Below, piece by piece: positions 37,665-47,298 of a DNA stretch of 51,848 nt (positions are counted from its first letter, which is position 1; every line of letters starts with the position of its first letter). Position numbers and translations under genes: made by a program. Location of the stretch: positions 1-51,848 of the forward strand of contig JBDHUS010000002.1 of NCBI GenBank assembly GCA_039809325.1, in the 5' to 3' direction. Origin of the DNA: Minisyncoccia bacterium (lineage in GTDB: Bacteria > Patescibacteriota > Minisyncoccia > Phycocordibacterales > UBA5272). The notes under the pieces were generated by a model. It saw only the letters and a list, made by a program, of their open reading frames with translations. It did no database searches and was not told the origin of the DNA.

Positions 37665-38723
37665 TTAAATAATCTTTTCTAGATTTTTTGGATTACGAGA
37701 ATTCGCTATAGCAACATCTAAAGATATTTTTCCCGCTCTCACTAATTCTGCTAAATTTCTATTAAAATCTATCATTCCTTGATCTCTTCCTGTTTCTATC
37801 ATAATATCTATCTCATGAATTCTATTATCACGTATAAGATTTGCTACTGCTGTATTATTCAAAAGTAATTCATAAGCTGGCACCATTCCGCCATTTACAG
37901 TAGGTAACAATCTCTGTGAAAATATTCCAACAAGTGATGTAGAAAGTTGTTGTCTTACTTGACTTTGCTGATCAGCTGGAAAAGAGTCTATAATTCTATT
38001 GATGGTTTGAGAGGCTGAATTTGTATGCAATGTTGATAATACAAAATGTCCTGTCTCTGCGGCAGTAACAGCTGCGGATATAGTATCATTATCACGCATT
38101 TCTCCAAGCATTATAACATCTACATCCTGTCGAAATGCTTGTCTTAAAGCTGTATGAAATGATTGTGTGTCCATACCTATTTCTCTCTGATCAATAACAG
38201 ATTTACTATTTTCAAAAATATATTCAGCAGGGTCCTCTATTGTTATAATATGTTTTCTTTCTGTAGAATTTATTTCATTAATCATAGCCGCAAGAGTTGT
38301 AGATTTACCTTGCCGTACAGGACCTACTACTAAAAATAATCCTTGTTTAGAATGTGCTATATCTGCTAATATTGGTGGCAAATTTAATTCTGAAAATGTT
38401 TTTGGTTTTGGAACAAGCCTTAATGATATTGCGACCAATCCTTTTTCAAAATAAGCATTCCCCCGAAGTCTATATTCACCGAGATGTTCAAAAGGAAAAT
38501 CTAATTCTTGTTTAATAACAAAATCATTAAAAGATCTTTCTGATACCATTACTCTAAGAAATCCAACGGTGTCTTCTGATTTAAGATTGTTTTTATGAAT
38601 AATGGTTATAAGCTCTCCATTTACTCTTATAATAGGAGGCATTCCTACATTTAAATGTAAATCACTAGCTTCTTCTTTTACTAAAGTCAAAATTAACTCA
38701 TTAAGCTCACTTTTATAATCCAT
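37665..38723 (-). CDS. pilT: PilT-type pilus retraction ATPase
   Basis: 352 aa. It has ASDLHL, Walker A GPVRQGKST (an unusual VRQ in place of TGS), the Asp box, Walker B DVIMLGEMRD, the His box TGHFVLSTLHT and the PilT motif AVANLIRDNRIHEI. Confidence 0.9.
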   Translation of the reverse strand: MDYKSELNELILTLVKEEASDLHLNVGMPPIIRVNGELITIIHKNNLKSEDTVGFLRVMVSERSFNDFVIKQELDFPFEHLGEYRLRGNAYFEKGLVAISLRLVPKPKTFSELNLPPILADIAHSKQGLFLVVGPVRQGKSTTLAAMINEINSTERKHIITIEDPAEYIFENSKSVIDQREIGMDTQSFHTALRQAFRQDVDVIMLGEMRDNDTISAAVTAAETGHFVLSTLHTNSASQTINRIIDSFPADQQSQVRQQLSTSLVGIFSQRLLPTVNGGMVPAYELLLNNTAVANLIRDNRIHEIDIMIETGRDQGMIDFNRNLAELVRAGKISLDVAIANSRNPKNLEKII

Positions 38724-38765
38724 AAATTTAATTTATATAAATAGCTGTAGTTTTACTATGATTTT

Positions 38766-38795
38766 ATTATAGCATCCATTTCAAAATAATTTGAA
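38766..38795 (-). promoter_or_regulatory. possible promoter of the pilus operon
   Basis: The minus strand reads TTCAAA-18 nt-TATAAT with TGC just 5' of the -10 (extended -10). It lies about 40 nt upstream of the pilT ATG. Confidence 0.3.
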
Positions 38796-38861
38796 AATAG
38801 TTATACACAAAAATAAGATATATAATATATCTTATTTTTGTTATTTTATTTATTAATAATA

Positions 38862-39929
38862 TTAATAAATATTTGACACACATTTCCATTTATAAATCTC
38901 ACCGAAATTTCCTAGATTTATTTTTGTTGATCCATTTGGACAAACACAATCATTTGTAGCCACAAATCCTCCACCTTGATATTCATAATTTAATAGACAT
39001 ATATAATTCTGTGTATTTTGTGTATTTTGTGTATTTGGAGATTTACAATAGCTCGCATTATTATGATAAAGTCCATCTAAAGAACAATAATAAGGATAAT
39101 GACATCTATCATAATTTGTAGAAGTCGCTGATGGATCTACATATAAAGTAGTACAAGGATAGGGAGTATTATCACATTTATACACATTTCCTGTATTTAA
39201 AAATGTATAGCCGTTAGGACAAATACAAGATTTTGTATTATTATAATTAGTATTCAAATTACAGATTGGTAAACTCTTTTGATTTTGATTTTTACAATAA
39301 TTATTATAATCATTAATATTGTAATATATTTGACCATTTATAGAACAATAATATGTTGTAGGATTAGGATTAGGAACAGGAATATTATTAGGACAATATA
39401 TATCATATTGTGATTGTGAATTATAAGTTTGTCCTGTTGTAGAACATGTGTACTGAATTATAGTAGAAACACAATTCTTCTTATAATCATTTTCATTTAA
39501 ATATGATGCTCCATTTAAATCACAATAATAAGTTGGCTTACTACTAGGATTTGATGGCACATATCCTGAGCATGTATCTTTATTTATAAATGATTTTGTT
39601 ATTACTCCAAAATATCCAGCAGCTGGAGAAATACCATTTACAGATTGATATTTTGCTAAAGCTGTTCTTGTTAATACTCCAAAGTATCCTGTTGGCTCAT
39701 GATTTAAAAATCCTGTACTCATTAAAAATATTTGTAGTTTTGAAACTTCACCTTCAGTATTTGAATCTCTAGAGCCTATTGTCATATTGTAAGATAAATT
39801 TACACAAGGTGCTCCTTGAGTATTTTGTATCATTTGTGCATTTGCAGTATTGCTAAATAAATTTATATTTTGTAATACAAATGAAAATACAAATGAGATA
39901 CTCAAAATTGTAGCTAATATTTTTTTCAT
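38862..39929 (-). CDS. secreted Cys-rich repeat protein with peptidoglycan-binding (PG_binding_1-like) domain
   Basis: 355 aa with a signal peptide. It has GEVSKLQIFLMSTGFL...GYFGVLTRTALAKYQSVNGI (PG-binding-like). It then has four YYC..NG..Y.N..DY..YC-type modules, two C.CPNG(Y/S)T...G...YKC modules, and an (NTQ)3 run. Confidence 0.65.
   Translation of the reverse strand: MKKILATILSISFVFSFVLQNINLFSNTANAQMIQNTQGAPCVNLSYNMTIGSRDSNTEGEVSKLQIFLMSTGFLNHEPTGYFGVLTRTALAKYQSVNGISPAAGYFGVITKSFINKDTCSGYVPSNPSSKPTYYCDLNGASYLNENDYKKNCVSTIIQYTCSTTGQTYNSQSQYDIYCPNNIPVPNPNPTTYYCSINGQIYYNINDYNNYCKNQNQKSLPICNLNTNYNNTKSCICPNGYTFLNTGNVYKCDNTPYPCTTLYVDPSATSTNYDRCHYPYYCSLDGLYHNNASYCKSPNTQNTQNTQNYICLLNYEYQGGGFVATNDCVCPNGSTKINLGNFGEIYKWKCVSNIY
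39010..39036. repeat. perfect 9-nt tandem repeat x3 (TGTGTATTT), in frame, encoding (NTQ)3
   Basis: The direct read of 39010-39036 shows three identical 9-mers. Confidence 0.9.
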
Positions 39930-40025
39930 AAATTTTTATTTTTTAATATATTTTAATTATACCAAAAAAATAAAAATATTTTGTATTGAAAGTTAAGAAA
40001 GATATAAAACCTCACTTTTACCATT

Positions 40026-40343
40026 TTATATTTTAACTTCTTTTAAAAAGAGTTCTACATCTCTATTCATAAAGTGAATTACTTTTTCTTTTAGTATTTT
40101 TGTACGATTTATATATTCTTTTTCAATATTTTCTTCTGTGATATTTACATCATTAACAATCTCTTTTTTAAGTACATATAAAGAATCTTCAAAATATTTA
40201 TTCCAATAATTTTCTATTTCTTCTAATTTTTTAGTATAAGATAAAATATTTTCTTCATTTTCAGTAAAAAAAGTTTTAAAATTTTCATCTATTTCTAATT
40301 CATTTTTTATATTATTTTCTTTTTTCATATTTTTAATATCCAA
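40026..40343 (-). CDS. hypothetical acidic coiled-coil protein (paralog of 3637..3972)
   Basis: 105 aa. It overlaps the upstream gene by 11 nt and shares blocks with the 111-aa ORF at 3637..3972. Confidence 0.5.
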   Translation of the reverse strand: MDIKNMKKENNIKNELEIDENFKTFFTENEENILSYTKKLEEIENYWNKYFEDSLYVLKKEIVNDVNITEENIEKEYINRTKILKEKVIHFMNRDVELFLKEVKI

Positions 40344-40746
40344 TTAAATATCGAGTTCCCAATATGGTAGTTCTTCCTGTTAATTTAGCTGTATTTGCTA
40401 TTAATTTGATAGCATCTATTCCACCTTTAGCACCTTCCATTAATCCTACACCTATACCATTACCTAACATCTCCGCAATATTAGATTCTTTTTTATTTTT
40501 TTTACCTTTTATTTTTTTCTTAGGATCTTTAAAGGATTCTAATGTGCTTTTTATAAACATACCGTAAAGTATATGATAAGCAAAATTTAAAGCATTTTTT
40601 GATATATTTTTCAAATCATTTTCACAACCTTTTTTAATTTCTTCCATTTTTAATTTGAATGCTGGATTATTTAGTCTAGCTTCTCTTTTTAAGATTTGAT
40701 CTTTTGTAAAAGCTTCTACTTTTTTATACACTTTTTCTAATTTCAT
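40333..40746 (-). CDS. hypothetical protein with basic patch and Gly-rich hydrophobic C-terminal region
   Basis: 137 aa containing ...KKKIKGKKNKKESNIAEMLGNGIGVGLMEGAKGGIDAIKLIANTAKL... No family recognised. Confidence 0.5.
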   Translation of the reverse strand: MKLEKVYKKVEAFTKDQILKREARLNNPAFKLKMEEIKKGCENDLKNISKNALNFAYHILYGMFIKSTLESFKDPKKKIKGKKNKKESNIAEMLGNGIGVGLMEGAKGGIDAIKLIANTAKLTGRTTILGTRYLIGY

Positions 40747-40784
40747 AAAATTATTTATACTACCCTAATATAATAGCATAAATT

Positions 40785-40809
40785 AAAAAACTCCTAAATG
40801 GAGTTTTTT
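40785..40809 (-). terminator. terminator of the 16S transcription unit (hairpin with flanking A/T runs)
   Basis: AAAAAACTCC-TAAAT-GGAGTTTTTT. On the minus strand the stem is followed by a T6 run. It lies about 85 nt beyond the 3' processing-stem arm. Confidence 0.6.
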
Positions 40810-40892
40810 AATTATGATTCTTAAACAGAATAATTAGATTTAACATTAAAATTTATCCTTCTTCACATAAAGTTATGAAGGATTTATACATC

Positions 40893-40906
40893 TTTCTTTT
40901 GCTCCG
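40893..40906 (-). other. 3' arm of pre-16S processing stem
   Basis: The plus strand TTTCTTTTGCTCCG is the exact reverse complement of 42618..42631. Pairing extends about 5 bp further with one mismatch. Confidence 0.7.
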
Positions 40907-41079
40907 ATTTTAGCGTGGTTTATCCTTTGAGATTTTTGAGTAATATCTCTTTATTTAGTACACGACTTTTGATAGATCTCGAAGTATCTCGAATGATTTA
41001 AAGTTTCATTAAACTTATATCTTCTTAAAAAGAAGAATCGACAAATGCATGCACCGAATTCGGTGTGCACGATTTTTCA

Positions 41080-42613
<1,534 letters not shown>

Positions 42614-42617
42614 AAAA

Positions 42618-42631
42618 CGGAGCAAAAGAAA
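42618..42631 (-). other. 5' arm of pre-16S processing stem
   Basis: The plus strand reads CGGAGCAAAAGAAA, about 5 nt upstream (rRNA sense) of the mature 5' end. It is complementary to 40893..40906. Confidence 0.7.
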
Positions 42632-42863
42632 TTTGTATAAGTCCTCCGTAGCTATGAAATAGCAAAGGAGAATAAAATTCTTTTTCTCTAAAATATTTAA
42701 ATAATATTTTATTAAATAATCTTTTATGTATAAATTACATAAAAATTACAAACATGTGTTAATCTAACTATTCTATTTACAAAATACACTACAAAATTAT
42801 TGAGAATTCTAAAAGAAATTCTTTTAATTTAGAGATTAAATTACCCAATAATTAAGTCTCAAT

Positions 42864-42892
42864 ATAATAGCATAATACAAAAAATAATGCAA
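42864..42892 (-). promoter_or_regulatory. candidate 16S promoter
   Basis: The minus strand reads TTGCAT-17 nt-TATTAT with TGC just 5' of the -10. It lies about 240 nt upstream of the mature 16S 5' end. Confidence 0.3.
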
Positions 42893-42988
42893 CTTATTAT
42901 ATATACTTATATTTATAATTAAAAACTAATAAGAACTTATAAAAATTAAGCAAAAACTATGATTAACTCTACTTATATCTATTTATAT

Positions 42989-43546
42989 CTATTTAACTTT
43001 CTTATTAACTATAATAGATAAGAGTATTATAAATAAAAATACTATTAAACTCGAAAATGGCATGGTTACAAAACCATATTTTATAAAAGTAGGTGTAGCA
43101 CAATCTATAAAACCAGGAGTTACCGGACATGGAATTAGTTCATTATATCCAATCTGCAGCCATTCATGATAAATAGCAATTATTCCACCTATTATAGATA
43201 ACCATAAAGTATAAGCAAATATTTTTGTATCATTTTTAATATAAGCGATAGCAAATATTACAGCTTGAGAAAAAATAAATATTCTCTGTAGCCAACAAAG
43301 ACCGCAAGGTGCCTCTCCTAGATAATCAGAATATATTATAGACATTAAAGTAGCAAAAATTGTAGAAAAAAATCCAAGTGGTAAAGCTATGCTTGATAGC
43401 CATTTTAAGAATGGGGACTCTTTTTTAGTTTTTAATTTATAAAATAAATGTCCATATACTAATACTAATAAAATAAAAGCAATAAGAGATACTACTGGCA
43501 GGTTATTATTTAAAAAATTTAAAATAATTTCTTTATTATCATACAT
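42989..43546 (-). CDS. disulfide bond formation protein, DsbB/BdbC family
   Basis: 185 aa, polytopic. The first redox pair sits in the CGLCWLQRIFIF motif and the second pair is CPVTPGFIDC. Confidence 0.75.
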   Translation of the reverse strand: MYDNKEIILNFLNNNLPVVSLIAFILLVLVYGHLFYKLKTKKESPFLKWLSSIALPLGFFSTIFATLMSIIYSDYLGEAPCGLCWLQRIFIFSQAVIFAIAYIKNDTKIFAYTLWLSIIGGIIAIYHEWLQIGYNELIPCPVTPGFIDCATPTFIKYGFVTMPFSSLIVFLFIILLSIIVNKKVK

Positions 43547-43571
43547 AGATTTATATTATAACAAAATTATT

Positions 43572-44510
43572 CTAATTTTTCTTTTGATATTTTTCTACAA
43601 GCACCAAAAGTGGCGATGCTATAAAAATAGATGAATAAGTACCAAATGTCATACCGACTATTAAAGTTAAGGTAAAATCATGAATTGATGCTGGACCAAA
43701 GAAGAATAAAGCAAGAAGAACAAGAATTATAGAAAGTGATGTGTTAAAAGATCTTAAAAGTGTCTGGTCTAAACTCTTTCCAACAACTTCAGCAAAAGCT
43801 TCATTACTTTTTCTATTTTTTAAATTCTCTCTAACTCTATCAAAGACCACTATTGTATCTGCCATAGAAATACCCATAATAGTTAATAATGCTAAAACAA
43901 AAAGTGAATCTATTTCTGCTCCATGAGTTATTCCTAAAATAGCATACATACCAAGCGGTATTGTAATATCGTGAAGAAGTGATGCTATGGTTAAAAATCC
44001 ATATTTCCAACTTGAGACTGGTTTTGAAACTTCTCTGAATGAAAAAGACACAAACAAAATTATAACTATAGATACTAAAATAATAGAAAGTATAGCTTTT
44101 TTAGTTAATTCCTTTCCTATTGATGGACCTATCACATTTTCTGCGATTTGTTTTGCTTCATAATGTGTATCATGATTAAAACTCCAAGCATTTTCAAAAT
44201 TTATTCTATCTTCTTCTTTCACATCTCCAGAAATTCTTATTAATACATAATTTGTCCCCTCCTCATCTATTTTTTGTAAAGAAATATTCTTTACATCAAA
44301 ATTATTTTTTATTAAATTTTCTTTTATAAAATCTAAATCTATTTTCCCATCATTTGTAGTAGTAAATCCTTTATAAGATACCAGAACTTCTGTACCACCA
44401 GTAAAGTCAATTCCTCTTTTAATGCCTTTAGTTGCAACAAGTAATAATGACCCTGCTACGAGAATGATACTTATTGTTAAAAATATCCATTTGTATTTTA
44501 TAATAAACAT
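43572..44510 (-). CDS. secF: protein translocase subunit SecF
   Basis: 312 aa containing GIDFTGGTEV and a 6-TM RND-like C-terminal half (DTIVVFDRVREN). Confidence 0.9.
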   Translation of the reverse strand: MFIIKYKWIFLTISIILVAGSLLLVATKGIKRGIDFTGGTEVLVSYKGFTTTNDGKIDLDFIKENLIKNNFDVKNISLQKIDEEGTNYVLIRISGDVKEEDRINFENAWSFNHDTHYEAKQIAENVIGPSIGKELTKKAILSIILVSIVIILFVSFSFREVSKPVSSWKYGFLTIASLLHDITIPLGMYAILGITHGAEIDSLFVLALLTIMGISMADTIVVFDRVRENLKNRKSNEAFAEVVGKSLDQTLLRSFNTSLSIILVLLALFFFGPASIHDFTLTLIVGMTFGTYSSIFIASPLLVLVEKYQKKN

Positions 44511-44528
44511 ATATTTATAAATTAATTA

Positions 44529-45911
44529 TTATTTACTAAACCCAGATCCAAAAAGGAACTTTATCGTCTTATAATATTTACTATCTGTACTTTCTGGTAC
44601 AAATGCTCTAATAAAGTATTTTGAAATAATCATTGCTGAAAACATTGAAACAAGAACTCCTATTCCAAATACTAGTCCAAATCCTGCAAGAAGTGCTGAG
44701 CCAAAATAAAATAATATAAACGCAACAAGTATAGAAGCTATATTTGAATCTCTTATAGATGTCCATGCTCTATGAAATGCTTCTTCTATTGCATCATTCA
44801 AACTTTTTCCAGAGCGAAGCTCTTCTTTTAATCTTTCAAAAATAAGAATATTGGCATCTATCGCAACACCAATAGAAATAATAAACCCAGCTATTCCTGC
44901 AGCAGTCAGAACAACTGGTATAGCTTTAAATAGCATTAACACAATTCCAACATAAACTACTAGTGCTACACTTGCGAGTAGTCCTGGCAATCTATACCAA
45001 AGTATCATTAAAATAATAATAATTCCAAGAGCAATTTCTCCGGCTAGCAATCCGTCTACTTTTGCTTGAGAACCTAATGTTGCTTCTATTACTTGTGAAG
45101 ATGCTAATTTTACAGGTACAGGCAATGCTCCTGAATTAAGTCTTGTCACCAACATTTTAGCTTCTTGTGTTGTAAAATTACCAGAAATAGTGGCTTCTCC
45201 TCCAGATATTTCTTGTTTAATCACAGGAGAAGATATTACTTGTCCATCTAAATATATTGCAACTTGTTTCCCTATATTATTTTTTGTTATATCTGCAAAT
45301 AATTTCTTACCATCGTCATTAAAGCTTAATACTACTTGTGGCTTATTTGTATATGAATCAAAACTTAAAATAGATTTTTTTAAATAATTACCATTCAATC
45401 CTGTATTTACAAGTTCTGTAGAAGTAGCCCCTGTCGCTATATCTGTTTTTTCTTCTACTAATTTAAATTCTAGTATTGGGGTATCACCAATCATTTTTAT
45501 AGCTTCATCTATATTTGTTATTCCAGGAAGCTCTACTATAAGTCTGTACTCATCTCCATATCTTGAATATTCTGTATAGATTACAGATTCAGAAACTCCA
45601 AAAGTATTAACTCTTTTTTCTATAACACTTCTAAGACCACTCATAGCATCTTCTATATTTATTTTTGAAGAATCTACTGTTACTATTTTTTGTCCTGTAG
45701 TTGTAGATATACTTGTACTGGAATTTGAAGCCTCTTTATTTGCTTCCAATATTTTAGAAATATCTGCAACATAAGTAAGAGATGTACCTCCATTTAAATC
45801 AAGTCCATATTTAAAATTTGATGTCTTATAGAGTAGCAAGAACCATATAACACATGCAGCAATAAATATCCAAAAAGCTACGACTCTATGAATTAATTTT
45901 TTTTCTTTCAT
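44529..45911 (-). CDS. secD: protein translocase subunit SecD
   Basis: 460 aa containing GLDLNGGTSL, a periplasmic P1-like head and a C-terminal TM bundle (DANILIFERLKEEL). Confidence 0.9.
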   Translation of the reverse strand: MKEKKLIHRVVAFWIFIAACVIWFLLLYKTSNFKYGLDLNGGTSLTYVADISKILEANKEASNSSTSISTTTGQKIVTVDSSKINIEDAMSGLRSVIEKRVNTFGVSESVIYTEYSRYGDEYRLIVELPGITNIDEAIKMIGDTPILEFKLVEEKTDIATGATSTELVNTGLNGNYLKKSILSFDSYTNKPQVVLSFNDDGKKLFADITKNNIGKQVAIYLDGQVISSPVIKQEISGGEATISGNFTTQEAKMLVTRLNSGALPVPVKLASSQVIEATLGSQAKVDGLLAGEIALGIIIILMILWYRLPGLLASVALVVYVGIVLMLFKAIPVVLTAAGIAGFIISIGVAIDANILIFERLKEELRSGKSLNDAIEEAFHRAWTSIRDSNIASILVAFILFYFGSALLAGFGLVFGIGVLVSMFSAMIISKYFIRAFVPESTDSKYYKTIKFLFGSGFSK

Positions 45912-46013
45912 AATTATTTTAAAATTTTATAAATAAATAATGTTTCTCCAAAAATATAAAATATATTTAATTGAAAAGATTATAACAAAAAATCCTGTAA
46001 AATCCCAGTATAC

Positions 46014-46043
46014 TTGACATATAGAAAGATATTGTGATATAAT
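46014..46043 (+). promoter_or_regulatory. near-consensus sigma-70 promoter with no downstream ORF
   Basis: TTGACA (46014-46019), an 18-nt spacer ending in TGA (extended -10), then TATAAT (46038-46043). This is the same architecture as the promoter at 8760..8789. Confidence 0.5.
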
Positions 46044-46049
46044 GAAAGA

Positions 46050-46125
46050 AGATTAAACTAATTTCTTTAACTTTAAAATATTTTTGAAATACTGGACGAC
46101 CGCGAAGCGGTCGTCCAGTATTTTT
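46050..46125 (+). ncRNA. candidate ~75-nt small RNA (promoter-to-terminator unit)
   Basis: The predicted TSS is about 6-8 nt after the -10. The first hairpin is AAAGAA...TTCTTT. The terminal hairpin has a 15-bp GC-rich stem followed by T5. The only ATG-initiated frame is 4 codons long. Confidence 0.35.
46086..46125. terminator. strong GC-rich hairpin terminator (shared by candidate sRNA and, in reverse, ackA)
   Basis: ATACTGGACGACCGC-GAA-GCGGTCGTCCAGTAT (46089-46121). It is followed by T-runs on the plus strand and preceded by AAA. It lies 10 nt downstream of the ackA stop on the minus strand. Confidence 0.8.
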
Positions 46126-46135
46126 ATACAAATTT

Positions 46136-47293
46136 TTATACAAACTTCCCCTCCACTACCAACCTCGCCATTTCTTTTTCCTCTTCTGTTTTCATAATTA
46201 AAATATCTTCTTTTTTTACTGGAAGCCAAGAAAGTTTTTTCAAAAACTTCTCTCTAAATATTTCTGAATTCTCAAGTATTGCTCCAGTCATTACTAATGC
46301 TTCCACATTTCCAAGATGTGCGAAAGCCGAGCCGACACATTCATTTATTTTATTCATATAGATATCAAGAGCGAATTCATTCTTTTCTTTTACTTTTTTA
46401 TCTTTTACTTTTAAATTTGTTAAAATATCTCGCATGTCTCTTTCTCCTGTAAGTGCAAAAAGTCCACTCTCTTCATATAAAATAGACTTTGTATTATTAA
46501 AGATATAATTTTCATTATCTAAAAATCTAAAAGGTCTTTTTTGACTTTTCAAAATATCTAAAACTACGAGTGGATCTATATCACCTGAGCGGGTTAAATT
46601 TATAAGTCCTGAAACAGGAGTCATTCCAAATGAATTATAAATACTTTTTCCATTTTTTATTGCTGTCACTGACCCTCCACCACCAAGATGCACTGCTATA
46701 ATATTTTTATATTCACCTTTTAAAGCTTCTACTACTTCACTCATTGAAATACCGTGATATCCATATTTTCTAAAGTTATTTTTACTATCAGTCTTTAAAC
46801 CATATGTGTAAATTTCTTTTGGTATAGAAGCATGAAAACTAGTATCTGAGATACCTATTAATTTAAACTTAGTTTTAATTTTTCTATTTTTACAAACCTC
46901 TTTTATTAAAAATATTTGTCTTATTTCATTAATTAAACTTTTTGTATGTAATTCATTATATTTTTCTACCTCTTCTAACTTTTCTAAATAATTTTCATTT
47001 ATAATTCTATTTTCTAAAAAATATTCTCCAACTGCTACAACTCTTTCTGCTATTATATCTATATCGCTAACTGTAAAATTAAATTTATTTTTTGCAATTT
47101 CAAAAAATTCATATAATGCATTTTCTAATTTAACTTTTGGATAAAATTCTTTCTGGTCAAAATTAATAGAAAATAATTCTTTTATAGTTTTTTCTTTTTT
47201 ATTTACTCTATAAACACAATATTTTCGAGATGCTGATCCGATATTTGAAATCAATATTATATTTTCAGATTTATTTTTTATAAATTTTTCCAT
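46136..47293 (-). CDS. ackA: acetate kinase
   Basis: The likely start is MEKFIKNK...ILISNIGSASRKY. Conserved blocks are SDTSFHASIP, YGYHGISM, and HLGGGGSVTAIKNGKSIYNSFGMTPVSGLINLTRSGDIDP. The track ORF's earlier Met (47317) would overlap the xfp stop. Confidence 0.9.
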   Translation of the reverse strand: MEKFIKNKSENIILISNIGSASRKYCVYRVNKKEKTIKELFSINFDQKEFYPKVKLENALYEFFEIAKNKFNFTVSDIDIIAERVVAVGEYFLENRIINENYLEKLEEVEKYNELHTKSLINEIRQIFLIKEVCKNRKIKTKFKLIGISDTSFHASIPKEIYTYGLKTDSKNNFRKYGYHGISMSEVVEALKGEYKNIIAVHLGGGGSVTAIKNGKSIYNSFGMTPVSGLINLTRSGDIDPLVVLDILKSQKRPFRFLDNENYIFNNTKSILYEESGLFALTGERDMRDILTNLKVKDKKVKEKNEFALDIYMNKINECVGSAFAHLGNVEALVMTGAILENSEIFREKFLKKLSWLPVKKEDILIMKTEEEKEMARLVVEGKFV

Positions 47294-47298
47294 ATATA

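Noticed and set aside
38808-38840. An AT-only 15-bp hairpin (CAAAAATAAGATATA / TATATCTTATTTTTG) downstream of the Cys-rich gene, considered as a terminator.
   Set aside because: It is plausible, but the stem is almost pure A/T and no clear T-run follows on the minus strand. I left it out of the feature list as unsupported.
42640-42672. A CTCCTTT string in the 16S 5' leader (rRNA sense) that resembles the missing anti-SD.
   Set aside because: It lies upstream of the mature 5' end inside a leader hairpin, so it cannot serve as the 3'-terminal anti-SD. It is noted only as a weak boxA-like candidate.
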